Origin: Bacteroidales bacterium
GTDB lineage: Bacteria > Bacteroidota > Bacteroidia > Bacteroidales > UBA932
DNA: 64,000 nt
Reading direction: 5' to 3'
Assembly: GCA_004554455.1 (NCBI GenBank)
Contig: SFMG01000003.1
Coordinates: 43,305-107,304 of the forward strand
Below the pieces are notes generated by a model that made no database searches, was not told the DNA's origin, and saw nothing but the letters and a program-made list of their open reading frames with translations. Every line of letters starts with the position of its first letter. Position 1 is the first letter of the stretch. This document shows positions 31,702 through 40,345 of this stretch, one piece after another. A program made the position numbers and the translations under genes.

Positions 31702-33099
31702 ATGAAAATGACTGAAAAAAGCATACTGGCGCTGCTGCTGTGCGCATTCATATCATCCGCGAACATATCACTGGCCCAGAGCAAGGCTCAGCTGAAAGGT
31801 GAAAACGAAGTGCTGAAAGAGAAACTCGACTCTCTGACAAAGCTCGTGCAGCACTACGAACTCAATCTGCAGGAGAGTCAGGCCCGGCTCGAGGAGGCGT
31901 TGCGGCGTGAAGAGGAAGCCAGCCGCAAAGGGCTCCCCAATGCCGCCAACAGCATGGAAGCGACGGACAGTCTGCTGAGCAGGTGGTATATGATGGGCAG
32001 CGAGGAGGACGAGGACGTGGAACTCGAAAACGTGGACTCGATACTCTTCGATTCCGATGTCCCGGATTCGGTGTACATACGGCGCATAAAGGATATGAAC
32101 TGCTTCATACAGCTTGCCTACAACGACGTCGTGCGCAACTATATAATATTGTATTCGAAAAAATACAGCAGGAATATGGGCAGGCTGCTCGGCCTCTGCG
32201 AGTTCTATATGCCGTCCATACGCGAGTGCTTCAACCGCTACGGCCTGCCCGAAGAGCTGGCGATGATGGCATTGATCGAATCCCACCTCAACCCCCAAGC
32301 GACCTCGAGAGCCGGGGCCAAGGGTATGTGGCAATTCATGTACCCCACCGCAAAGAAATACGGGCTTACGATCAATTCCTTCGTGGACGAGAGAATGGAC
32401 GTCAGCAAATCTACGGATGCCGCAGCCCGCTACCTGAGGGACGCGTACAAGATTTTCGGCGACTGGAACCTCGCCATATCGTCCTACAACTGCGGAGCCG
32501 GCAACGTGCGCAAGGCGATAGCCCGCAGCGGCGGCAAGACCGGCTTCTGGGACATATATCCCTACCTGCCCCACGAAACCAGGGGCTATGTGCCCGCCTT
32601 CGTAGGCGCCCTCTATGCCACTCACTATCACAAAGAGCACGGAATCGAGGTACAGCCTGCTGGACTGCCTGTGCACGTGGACACGTTCCATGTAAACAAG
32701 ATGCTGCATTTCAAGCAGTTGCACGATGTGGTAGGAGTCAGCGAAGAGGAACTGCGGAAGATAAACCCCCAGTATCCGCACGACATCGTGCCGGGCAACC
32801 AGCGCAGCTATGTGCTGCGTCTGCCTCACGAATATACTCAGCGCTACATTGAATTCGAGGATTCCGTCTATCGCTACCAGGCCGACACACTCTTCTCTCC
32901 GGTAAACATAAAGAAGATTGAGGACGGAGCCACGGGCAGCGGGGAGCGCATAGTCTATACGGTCAAGAGCGGCGACACCCTGGGTCATATCGCAGCCCGC
33001 TACCACACCAACGTAAAGGCTCTCCAGAGGTGGAACAATCTCAAAACCACCAATCTGAGAATAGGACAGAAGATTTACATCTATCCGGGCCGGCGCTAG
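31702..33099 (+). CDS. mltD: MltD-like lytic transglycosylase with LysM domain
   Basis: Motifs IESHLNP, AGAKGMWQFM, SYNCG and ETRGYV; C-terminal YTVKSGDTL LysM. Confidence 0.9.
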   Translation: MKMTEKSILALLLCAFISSANISLAQSKAQLKGENEVLKEKLDSLTKLVQHYELNLQESQARLEEALRREEEASRKGLPNAANSMEATDSLLSRWYMMGSEEDEDVELENVDSILFDSDVPDSVYIRRIKDMNCFIQLAYNDVVRNYIILYSKKYSRNMGRLLGLCEFYMPSIRECFNRYGLPEELAMMALIESHLNPQATSRAGAKGMWQFMYPTAKKYGLTINSFVDERMDVSKSTDAAARYLRDAYKIFGDWNLAISSYNCGAGNVRKAIARSGGKTGFWDIYPYLPHETRGYVPAFVGALYATHYHKEHGIEVQPAGLPVHVDTFHVNKMLHFKQLHDVVGVSEEELRKINPQYPHDIVPGNQRSYVLRLPHEYTQRYIEFEDSVYRYQADTLFSPVNIKKIEDGATGSGERIVYTVKSGDTLGHIAARYHTNVKALQRWNNLKTTNLRIGQKIYIYPGRR

Positions 33100-34901
33100 T
33101 GGCGCGACTTCTCTCCTACCCTGTGGCGCAGGTCTGCGCTCAGCTGCAGCCGCAATTCGAATTTGCCTACCCTGTCCCTGTTCACTTCAAAGAGACTGCC
33201 CTTGCGCGGATAAAGCAGCATATTTCCATACAGATGCAGACGCAATCCCGCCTTCAGCCTCAGACCGCCCAGAAAAGAGGTCCAAAGTCCGCGTCCGTAC
33301 ATCGCAGGCACATTGAAGCTGCCGGGAACGTCGCGCTGGCTGCAATATATCCTGTCCTCCCACGCATCGACGTGAAAGGCGCCCTGCCGCAAATAGAGCG
33401 AGAGTTCTGTACCTCCCGGGAAGAGGAAACGGCGGCCCGCTTCAACGAAACAGAGGTAGGACATATCTCTGCAATGGACCAGATCCAGCCTGCCTTTAAG
33501 CATATTTGCGCCGTCGTCGAAGGCCAGTTCGCTACGCATATTCACGCGCAGGGCATATTTCTCCCAGCCGCGGAAGCGGAAATCCGCACGCGTGGAGAGG
33601 CATAGCACGGGCAGACAGTCCCATTTCCACATACAGAGGGCCCTGTATTGCACCGAGCGGCCGGGAGCGAAGCCGTCCTGCAGTTTCGAAGGCCTGAACG
33701 CGGCATCGGCGGCTATATTGACAAGATGCTTACGGTTGTCAGAATATATATCCATAAGCAGGGAGACGCCGTGTTCGTCGCGGCAACGGCTGGAGCTGCG
33801 CAGGGCGGCGGAAAAACTGTCCGGCCAGTCGGAAGGATAGTAGCGGAGCACCGTGGCCGCAGTAGCATTCGGGAAGGGCGAAAAACGCAGTCCCAGGACG
33901 GCAGCGGCCCTGAGGGCGAAGAAATCGAAGGCGGATTCGGCGAAAATGTCCATCCCGCGCAGGTTCAGGCGCAGGTCTGCCGAGGCCTTGCATTCCGTCG
34001 CGGAGGCCAGGGCCGTAAAGCCGAACTGTCCGCTACGCAGGTATATGCTGTAATTCGCGGCTCCGACTCCCGGATGCGCGACGCAGGCGGAGAGGCTGCC
34101 GGAACTGCGACGCCCCTCGAAACTGAAGCTTGCGGCCGCTCCGAGCAGAGCGCTGCTTTCTCCTGAGAAAGCGTCATATCCCCTGTAGGGCGAGATGAGC
34201 GTGGGATTTTTGGAGACGGACGAGGCCGTGGACAGGGAGGATGGCGAGAAGCCGCTCCAAAGAGCGAGTCCCTGTCCGAAACGGCAGTTGAAGGCCCCCA
34301 GGACCAGGGTGGAAAGGCGGGAAGGACCCTCGTAACTGAGGTAAAAGGAAGAGCTCTCCGGAGGGAAGGCCTTGGAGCCGTATGCCTCTTTCAGGGCTAT
34401 GCCGGCCTCGTAGCGGCTGTCAAGGGATATGGCGTAGCGTCCGGAAAGAGCCCAGTCGTCAGCGCTGCTGCGGCGGTAGGAAGTCCTCAGCACAAAAGAG
34501 TGCTCCATACTGTGTCCGTCCGGGCTTCCCCTGCCCGGGATGTTTACGCTTTCAAGGGATACGAAAGGGCGCAATGCAGCGGTAAAGTTCTCTCCGAAGC
34601 CGTCCACGGCCGCAAGTTCCGTAAAGGAGAGCACATCTCCGCAGCGTCTGCGGTAATCCATCAGGCTGGCCACCCTGTAGGCGCTGAGAAGTCCGCTGGA
34701 GAGCAGACGCGAACGCGAGGCATTGTTCAACTGGAGCGGATGCTCAAGAAAGCGCAGATAGCGTTCGAGCTCGTCTGCATCGAGTTCCTCGAGCGATGAG
34801 GCTCCGCTGAAAAGCAGTATGGACTGCTCAACCCCGTCCGTTCCGCCGGAACGCACCCCAGCCGGGAAGAGGGCTAAAATCATCAGGCACAAAACAATCA
34901 T
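33096..34901 (-). CDS. Helix-hairpin-helix (ComEA-like) domain plus probable beta-barrel protein
   Basis: HhH motif PLQLNNAS...ELAAVDGFG, then FGQGLALW and a beta-rich C-terminus. Start placed at MIVLCL. Confidence 0.7.
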   Translation of the reverse strand: MIVLCLMILALFPAGVRSGGTDGVEQSILLFSGASSLEELDADELERYLRFLEHPLQLNNASRSRLLSSGLLSAYRVASLMDYRRRCGDVLSFTELAAVDGFGENFTAALRPFVSLESVNIPGRGSPDGHSMEHSFVLRTSYRRSSADDWALSGRYAISLDSRYEAGIALKEAYGSKAFPPESSSFYLSYEGPSRLSTLVLGAFNCRFGQGLALWSGFSPSSLSTASSVSKNPTLISPYRGYDAFSGESSALLGAAASFSFEGRRSSGSLSACVAHPGVGAANYSIYLRSGQFGFTALASATECKASADLRLNLRGMDIFAESAFDFFALRAAAVLGLRFSPFPNATAATVLRYYPSDWPDSFSAALRSSSRCRDEHGVSLLMDIYSDNRKHLVNIAADAAFRPSKLQDGFAPGRSVQYRALCMWKWDCLPVLCLSTRADFRFRGWEKYALRVNMRSELAFDDGANMLKGRLDLVHCRDMSYLCFVEAGRRFLFPGGTELSLYLRQGAFHVDAWEDRIYCSQRDVPGSFNVPAMYGRGLWTSFLGGLRLKAGLRLHLYGNMLLYPRKGSLFEVNRDRVGKFELRLQLSADLRHRVGEKSRH

Positions 34902-35015
34902 GGCGCAATATAGGAAAGAGGGAAAAGAGCATTGTTGTTTTACCCGAAATTCAATTTTTTTCTGTGATTTTTGAAAGGCGTAACCTATATTTGCAACAGT
35001 CAAAAGGAATCGATT

Positions 35016-35564
35016 ATGGACAGAATCACTGTTGGAGACAAGAATTTCCGTCTCTATATCCCCTTCGAGGAGTTTTCCAAGGACATCGACAGGGTTGCCA
35101 ACGAACTCCAAAGAGACTTCGGACAGAGCGAAGTACCCCCTGTGATGCTCTGCACCCTGAACGGGGCGATGATGTTCTGCAGTGAACTGCTCAAGCGCTG
35201 CAGCTTCCCTCTCGAACTGGCTTCAGTCAAGGTTTCCTCCTATGCCGGAACCAGCAGCACAGGAGTGGTCGAGGTCAAGCAGGAACTCAGCTGCGATGTC
35301 AGCGGAAGGGACGTGATCATCATAGAAGACATCGTGGACACGGGCTTCACCATACAGCTGATGAAACAGTATCTCGAGAAGAAAGGTGCCCGTTCCAGCC
35401 GCATCTGCACACTCTTCTACAAACCAGAGTCCTTCCGCTTCAAGGACAGCATCAGGCTCGATTACGTTGCCAGGGAGATACAGAACCAGTTCATCGTCGG
35501 CTTCGGACTCGACTACAACGAGCTGGGCAGAAACAGCAAGGACATATACATACTCGACGAGTAA
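35016..35564 (+). CDS. hpt: Hypoxanthine phosphoribosyltransferase
   Basis: Motifs LNGA, SSYAGT, IIIEDIVDTG and FIVGFGLDY. Confidence 0.95.
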   Translation: MDRITVGDKNFRLYIPFEEFSKDIDRVANELQRDFGQSEVPPVMLCTLNGAMMFCSELLKRCSFPLELASVKVSSYAGTSSTGVVEVKQELSCDVSGRDVIIIEDIVDTGFTIQLMKQYLEKKGARSSRICTLFYKPESFRFKDSIRLDYVAREIQNQFIVGFGLDYNELGRNSKDIYILDE

Positions 35565-35581
35565 TCACTTAAATACAAACG

Positions 35582-36154
35582 ATGAAATACTACATCCTAT
35601 TCGGCCCTCCGGGTGCAGGCAAAGGCACCCAGGCCGCAGCAATGGCAGAGAGGTACAGGCTTCACCACATCTCCACCGGTGACCTGCTCCGCAAGGAAAT
35701 CAAGGCCGGCACGGAACTCGGCCTCAAGGCAAAAGCCCTTATCGAAGACGGCAAACTCGTTCCTGATGAGGTGGTGGAAGGAATGATAGAATCCGAGTTC
35801 TCCAGCGTGAAAGGCGTAGATGGCTTCCTTCTGGACGGATTCCCACGCACCATAGCGCAGGCAGAGGCACTGGACGCCATTCTGGCAAAGAAATCCGAAG
35901 AAGTAAGCGCCGTTGTCAGCATCATGATTCCGGACGAGATGATTGTGGAACGCATACGCCACAGGGCCGAGATTGAAGGACGCGCGGACGATGCCAGCAT
36001 AGAGACCATCAAGAACCGCATCGCCACCTATCACAGCCAGACGGAAGCTGAAATCGACTACTACCGCAAGGCCGGCAAGTACAACGAGATTGACGGCACA
36101 GGCAGCATCGAGGAAGTCCGCGAACGCATTTTCGCACTCGTGGACAGATTCTAG
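35582..36154 (+). CDS. adk: Adenylate kinase (short LID type)
   Basis: Motifs GPPGAGKGTQ, HISTGDLLR, LDGFPRT and GRADD. Confidence 0.96.
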   Translation: MKYYILFGPPGAGKGTQAAAMAERYRLHHISTGDLLRKEIKAGTELGLKAKALIEDGKLVPDEVVEGMIESEFSSVKGVDGFLLDGFPRTIAQAEALDAILAKKSEEVSAVVSIMIPDEMIVERIRHRAEIEGRADDASIETIKNRIATYHSQTEAEIDYYRKAGKYNEIDGTGSIEEVRERIFALVDRF

Positions 36155-36166
36155 GAAACGGAAATA

Positions 36167-37444
36167 TCAACCCTTGTGGGTCATTATGTCAAGGACCAGG
36201 CGATCAGTCTGGTCCATTCCTTTTGACCCCACCCTGGTCAGATTGTGTATGGTTCTGTCCACGTCGTCCTCAACTATGCCTTCCACACTGGACACAGACT
36301 TGTTCTGAATGGCAAGCAGGGCGCTGAGCACAGCCGTCGATACTCCGCTGGAGACCTTCAGGGCGCAGCTCGGTTTGGCGCCGTCACAGACCATGCCCGC
36401 AAGGTTGGCAACCATATTCTTGACACTGTAGGCTATCTGCTCGTAATTTCCGCCCATAAGATAGGTAATGCCGCAGCTGCTGCCGGTCGAGGCTACGACG
36501 CAGCCGCAAAGTGCGCTCAGACGTCCGAGACTCTTTTTGATATATATGGCGGTGAGGTGGCTCAGGATCAGGGCCCTGGTGAGTTCTTCCCTGGTATTGT
36601 GATTTTCCTCGGCAAAGACGACCACAGGCATAGTCGCAGCGATTCCCTGGTTGCCGCTGCCCGAATTGCTCATCACGGGGATGTCTGCACCTGCCATTCT
36701 CGCATCGCAGGCTCCGCTTGTAGCACTGAGTATATGGCAGAAAGTGCTGTCTCCGAGTATGCCCTTCCCGAGGGGCCGGCTGAGGGTCTTGCCGAGTTCA
36801 TGCCCGTAATTGCCCTCCAATGAGCGCTTTGCCGCATTCTCATTGAGCCGCCTCGCCTCATTTATGAATTCTATGCTCTCGATCGGGGCAGTCGTGGCGA
36901 ATTCCCATACCCGGCGCAGCGTAAGCCCGTTCTCGTCCTCCTCTTCATCGCTGCCGCTCTCGGCACCGGGCTCATGATAAATCAGCTTCTCCGGGGACTC
37001 CAGATGGCATAGATGAGTGTGCGAGTGGGAAATGACCGCCAGGGAACGACGTTCTCCTGCTATGCACTCCACCTCTATGTAGAGTTTCTCGCTTATCCCC
37101 TCTTTCAGGCCTATTTCTATGCGGCCCTCATCCACGAAGCGCCTGGCTTCGGCGAGTTTCTCCCTCGTGCAGTCCTTCAGCACCTCGAGGGCATCCGAAC
37201 TCTTGCCGAAAAGGGCACCGAGGGCAACTGCTATGGGCAGACCGGTCATACCCGTGCCAGGGATACCGACGCCCATCGCGTTCTTGAGTATGTTCGCGCT
37301 AAGCTTCAGATTGATTTTCTCCGGACGCATGCCGAGGGCTTCGGCCGAATAGGCGCAGCAGAGTGCCACGGCTACCGGTTCGGTGCAACCCGTTGCCGGT
37401 ACGACTTCCCTGCGTATGAGTTCGATAATCTCCTTGTCTTCCAT
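36167..37444 (-). CDS. L-cysteine desulfidase family (CyuA/YhaM, serine dehydratase alpha-like)
   Basis: Motifs PATGCTEP, KNAMGVGIP, DARMAG, SNSGSGNQG and CDGAKPSCALK. Confidence 0.9.
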   Translation of the reverse strand: MEDKEIIELIRREVVPATGCTEPVAVALCCAYSAEALGMRPEKINLKLSANILKNAMGVGIPGTGMTGLPIAVALGALFGKSSDALEVLKDCTREKLAEARRFVDEGRIEIGLKEGISEKLYIEVECIAGERRSLAVISHSHTHLCHLESPEKLIYHEPGAESGSDEEEDENGLTLRRVWEFATTAPIESIEFINEARRLNENAAKRSLEGNYGHELGKTLSRPLGKGILGDSTFCHILSATSGACDARMAGADIPVMSNSGSGNQGIAATMPVVVFAEENHNTREELTRALILSHLTAIYIKKSLGRLSALCGCVVASTGSSCGITYLMGGNYEQIAYSVKNMVANLAGMVCDGAKPSCALKVSSGVSTAVLSALLAIQNKSVSSVEGIVEDDVDRTIHNLTRVGSKGMDQTDRLVLDIMTHKG

Positions 37445-37498
37445 ATAATCGAGGCTTAATTTTTCAAATATACTTAAAAATAGCATATCTTTGCCGAA

Positions 37499-38128
37499 AT
37501 GTTGTCAATGCTTCAACATATAGAGTTCCTGAACATTCTGGACTATATAGGAACCTTTGCATTCGCGATAAGCGGAGTGCGTCTTGCGGCCAGGAAGAAC
37601 TTCGACCTTTTCGGAGCCTTCGTGGTCGGCTTCGTGACTGCGGTAGGAGGAGGAACCCTCAGGGACCTGCTCCTGGACGTGAAGCCCTTCTGGATGATGC
37701 AGCCCTCATACGCACTCATCACCTTTCTGGCCCTGATAGTCGTGATCATTTTCAAGAGGTGGATAGTGCGCCTGGAGTACACTTTCTTCATCTTCGACGC
37801 CATCGGTCTGGGCCTTTTCACGGTTGTGGGAGTCGAGAAAAGCCTGATGGCCGGAAACCCTATGTGGGTGAACGTCATAATGGGATGCATAACAGGTGCG
37901 GCAGGAGGAATATTCCGCGACGTGCTGATCAACGAGGTGCCGCTGATTTTCCGAAAGGACATCTATGCCCTGGCCTGCGCCGGAGGCGGGATGGTCTATT
38001 GGCTGCTGCTCCTTGCCCGCATCGGCTCTCCCCTGCTCCAGATCTTCCCGGCCATTACCGTCATTGTAATACGCGTCCTTGCAGTCCACTTCAACGTCTG
38101 CCTGCCATCCCTCAAATCCGACCAGTGA
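37499..38128 (+). CDS. Trimeric intracellular cation channel family (UPF0126/YadS) membrane protein
   Basis: Duplicated motifs GTFAFAISG...GGGTLRD and DAIGLG...GGIFRD. Confidence 0.9.
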   Translation: MLSMLQHIEFLNILDYIGTFAFAISGVRLAARKNFDLFGAFVVGFVTAVGGGTLRDLLLDVKPFWMMQPSYALITFLALIVVIIFKRWIVRLEYTFFIFDAIGLGLFTVVGVEKSLMAGNPMWVNVIMGCITGAAGGIFRDVLINEVPLIFRKDIYALACAGGGMVYWLLLLARIGSPLLQIFPAITVIVIRVLAVHFNVCLPSLKSDQ

Positions 38129-38157
38129 CATCATTAGTGTCCGGTGTCATGAGAGCA

Positions 38158-39357
38158 TCATTTTTTGAGTTTCAGAGTATGGTTATGCGTATTCTTTCCG
38201 TCAGTATCGAAAGTGCTGATCTCGATAGCGTCCTCTGTAGCAGTCACTTCCATCCTCTCCATATTAGCATTGCAGATCACAGGGAATCCGGCATTAGAGA
38301 TGCTACCGTCAGGCTCTGCAACTCTCCATCTGTGGATATGGCCACAGAACATGGCATCGAATCCGGCTTCATTGAGAGGCGGTACAAGGATATTGCACAT
38401 CTGGGCAGCTCCGTACCATCCCTTGCTTTCCGGCGGTACATGGCAGAATGCGATACGCACCTTGGCATTCCTGCATTCCTCGGAAGCGATCACTTCCTTG
38501 AGCCATCTGCCCTGACGCTCGACATAAGGCTTGGAAGCCACGATGCCGCTATATTCTATGTCTGAATCAGGCTTATCCTCGCATGCATCGAGAACGACAA
38601 AGAAGAAGTCACCGATACTGAACGAATAATAAGGGGTGCCTGTGGTGGTCTGGAAATAATTGAGCCATTTGATCGCATCACGTCCGCGAAGCTCATGGTT
38701 TCCACGTGAGGCGAAGAGAGGCAGACCGCCATTGAGGCTTTTCGCTGCCGAACCAAGATACATCTTCGGTATGAGCTCCTCATTGGAAATATTGCTTGTC
38801 ATGTCGCCATTAAGGAAAACGAAGTCACGGTTATCTCTTGCTCCTGAAAGGATTCTATTGAAAAGGGAATCCTTTCCATGAATATCGTTGTACAGGTCGA
38901 AACGGATTGTGTCATAATCCTCCTTAAAGGTAGTGATCTTGTGAGGCTCACCTTTATACACATCCGTACCGCTGCCATGCATATACTGCACATTGCCAGA
39001 ACCGTTGTAGGCAATGACACCTCTGTTCATCACGCGATAACGATAAGTCGAACCGGGCTCAAGGCCATCCACGACCACCTTGTGGATCTTACCTATCGGG
39101 AACACTCCGTTTCCGCGTGCATCATAATATTTGTCACGCTCCTTGTTATAGAAATGCGTACCGTCGTCTGGTGCCACTTCCACCCATGCCACAGCATCGA
39201 CATCGGTCGTCCATATTACAGTAAAACTTGTCTCTGTCATACACTGGACATATGGTCCGCAAACAATTTTCGCTCTCTGAGGTTTCTGAGCATTGACAGT
39301 TCCCGCCCAAAGAACAATCATCAATGCCAAAACATGAATCTTTTTCATAGTAAACAA
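38158..39357 (-). CDS. Secreted metallophosphoesterase (purple acid phosphatase-like, N-terminal FN3)
   Basis: Motifs GPYVQ, NDIHG, LNGDM, RGNHE and CGHIH; signal peptide. Confidence 0.88.
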   Translation of the reverse strand: MFTMKKIHVLALMIVLWAGTVNAQKPQRAKIVCGPYVQCMTETSFTVIWTTDVDAVAWVEVAPDDGTHFYNKERDKYYDARGNGVFPIGKIHKVVVDGLEPGSTYRYRVMNRGVIAYNGSGNVQYMHGSGTDVYKGEPHKITTFKEDYDTIRFDLYNDIHGKDSLFNRILSGARDNRDFVFLNGDMTSNISNEELIPKMYLGSAAKSLNGGLPLFASRGNHELRGRDAIKWLNYFQTTTGTPYYSFSIGDFFFVVLDACEDKPDSDIEYSGIVASKPYVERQGRWLKEVIASEECRNAKVRIAFCHVPPESKGWYGAAQMCNILVPPLNEAGFDAMFCGHIHRWRVAEPDGSISNAGFPVICNANMERMEVTATEDAIEISTFDTDGKNTHNHTLKLKK

Positions 39358-39414
39358 TATATTCTAAGCGGTAAATATACAGTATTTTTGTGGACGTAGT
39401 TAAAATGACATACG

Positions 39415-39442
39415 AAAAAAGACGGCCTCAAAGCCGTCTTTT
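39415..39442 (-). terminator. Terminator after tRNA-Lys pair
   Basis: AAAAGACGGC/GCCGTCTTTT stem. Confidence 0.75.
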
Positions 39443-39446
39443 CCGG

Positions 39447-39519
39447 TGCTCCCTCAGGGGCTCGAACCCTGGACCCCAACATTAAGAGTGTCGTGCTCTA
39501 CCAACTGAGCTAAGGAAGC
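39447..39519 (-). tRNA. tRNA-Lys (CTT)
   Basis: Reverse complement: GCTTCCTTAGCTCAGTTGGTAGAGCACGACACTCTTAATGTTGGGGTCCAGGGTTCGAGCCCCTGAGGGAGCA; CCA not encoded. Confidence 0.95.
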
Positions 39520-39529
39520 AATATTTTCG

Positions 39530-39602
39530 TGATCCGTTTGGGGCTCGAACCCAAGACCCCAACATTAAAAGTGTTGTGCTCTACCAACTGAGCTAACGAA
39601 TC
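39530..39602 (-). tRNA. tRNA-Lys (TTT)
   Basis: Reverse complement: GATTCGTTAGCTCAGTTGGTAGAGCACAACACTTTTAATGTTGGGGTCTTGGGTTCGAGCCCCAAACGGATCA. Confidence 0.95.
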
Positions 39603-39721
39603 AATCCGTGGTCCCAAAGAGGGTCAATTCTCAAATGGGACTGCAAAGATAGTCCGTTTTTTTGAAAAACAAAACAAATTCTTGAAAAAGACGCGTCACA
39701 AAGTCCATTCCCCGCACAGTA

Positions 39722-40345
39722 CTACCTGGCAGGGATCTCAAATACTGCCTTGTCTATGGATGAGGTAGTGGATATGCCGTCAAATGAGAAGGAATTCACC
39801 ACGTGGGTAAACTCTTCGAGCTCCAGTTTGACGAGGATACAATCGGACTTGCGGTACTCGAGTGTAGTGCGCGCATAACCCGTGGAGGCCTCCTGACGGG
39901 CAGTCATGGTGATGATGTAGCTGCTGCCGCTGTCCATCACCTTCATATCCGCATTATTGTCCCCGGCAAGTTTGCGCACCTTTCCGCAGACTGCATCCAG
40001 TATGCTGGAAGAAAGACGCTTGACCATAGGAACCTTGGTGATGTCATAGACCTGGGACTTGCCCGCACGGTTCATATATACCCTGTTGCCATTGATAGTG
40101 AAGCGGTCGCCTGCGGGATTGGAATAGACCATTGCAAGCTTGTCGGGAGAGACATAGTACTGCGAGCCCTCCATGGTTTTCTTTGCCTTTGTGGCCAGCA
40201 CCTTGGTGTGACGGAAAGAAGAAGTGACGCAGCTTTGTGCCGAGTTCGCTTTTTCTATCCTGTTCAGGATTTCGTCCGGGGAGGCCGCGCTGAGGCCCTG
40301 GAATGCCACGAAAAGGCTCAGGACGGCGACGATGATTTTTTTCAT
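39722..40345 (-). CDS. LolA-like periplasmic lipid/lipoprotein carrier
   Basis: Signal peptide MKKIIVAVL, LolA-like pattern (SSFRHTK...G..Y..PDKL...Y..P) and C-terminal ID..VFEIP. ATGA overlap with the MMPL gene. Confidence 0.75.
   Translation of the reverse strand: MKKIIVAVLSLFVAFQGLSAASPDEILNRIEKANSAQSCVTSSFRHTKVLATKAKKTMEGSQYYVSPDKLAMVYSNPAGDRFTINGNRVYMNRAGKSQVYDITKVPMVKRLSSSILDAVCGKVRKLAGDNNADMKVMDSGSSYIITMTARQEASTGYARTTLEYRKSDCILVKLELEEFTHVVNSFSFDGISTTSSIDKAVFEIPAR

Noticed and set aside
38696..38712. parS site (GTTTCCACGTGAGG)
   Set aside because: Only a partial match to the TGTTTCACGTGAAACA palindrome, and inside a CDS. No convincing parS was noticed near parAB.
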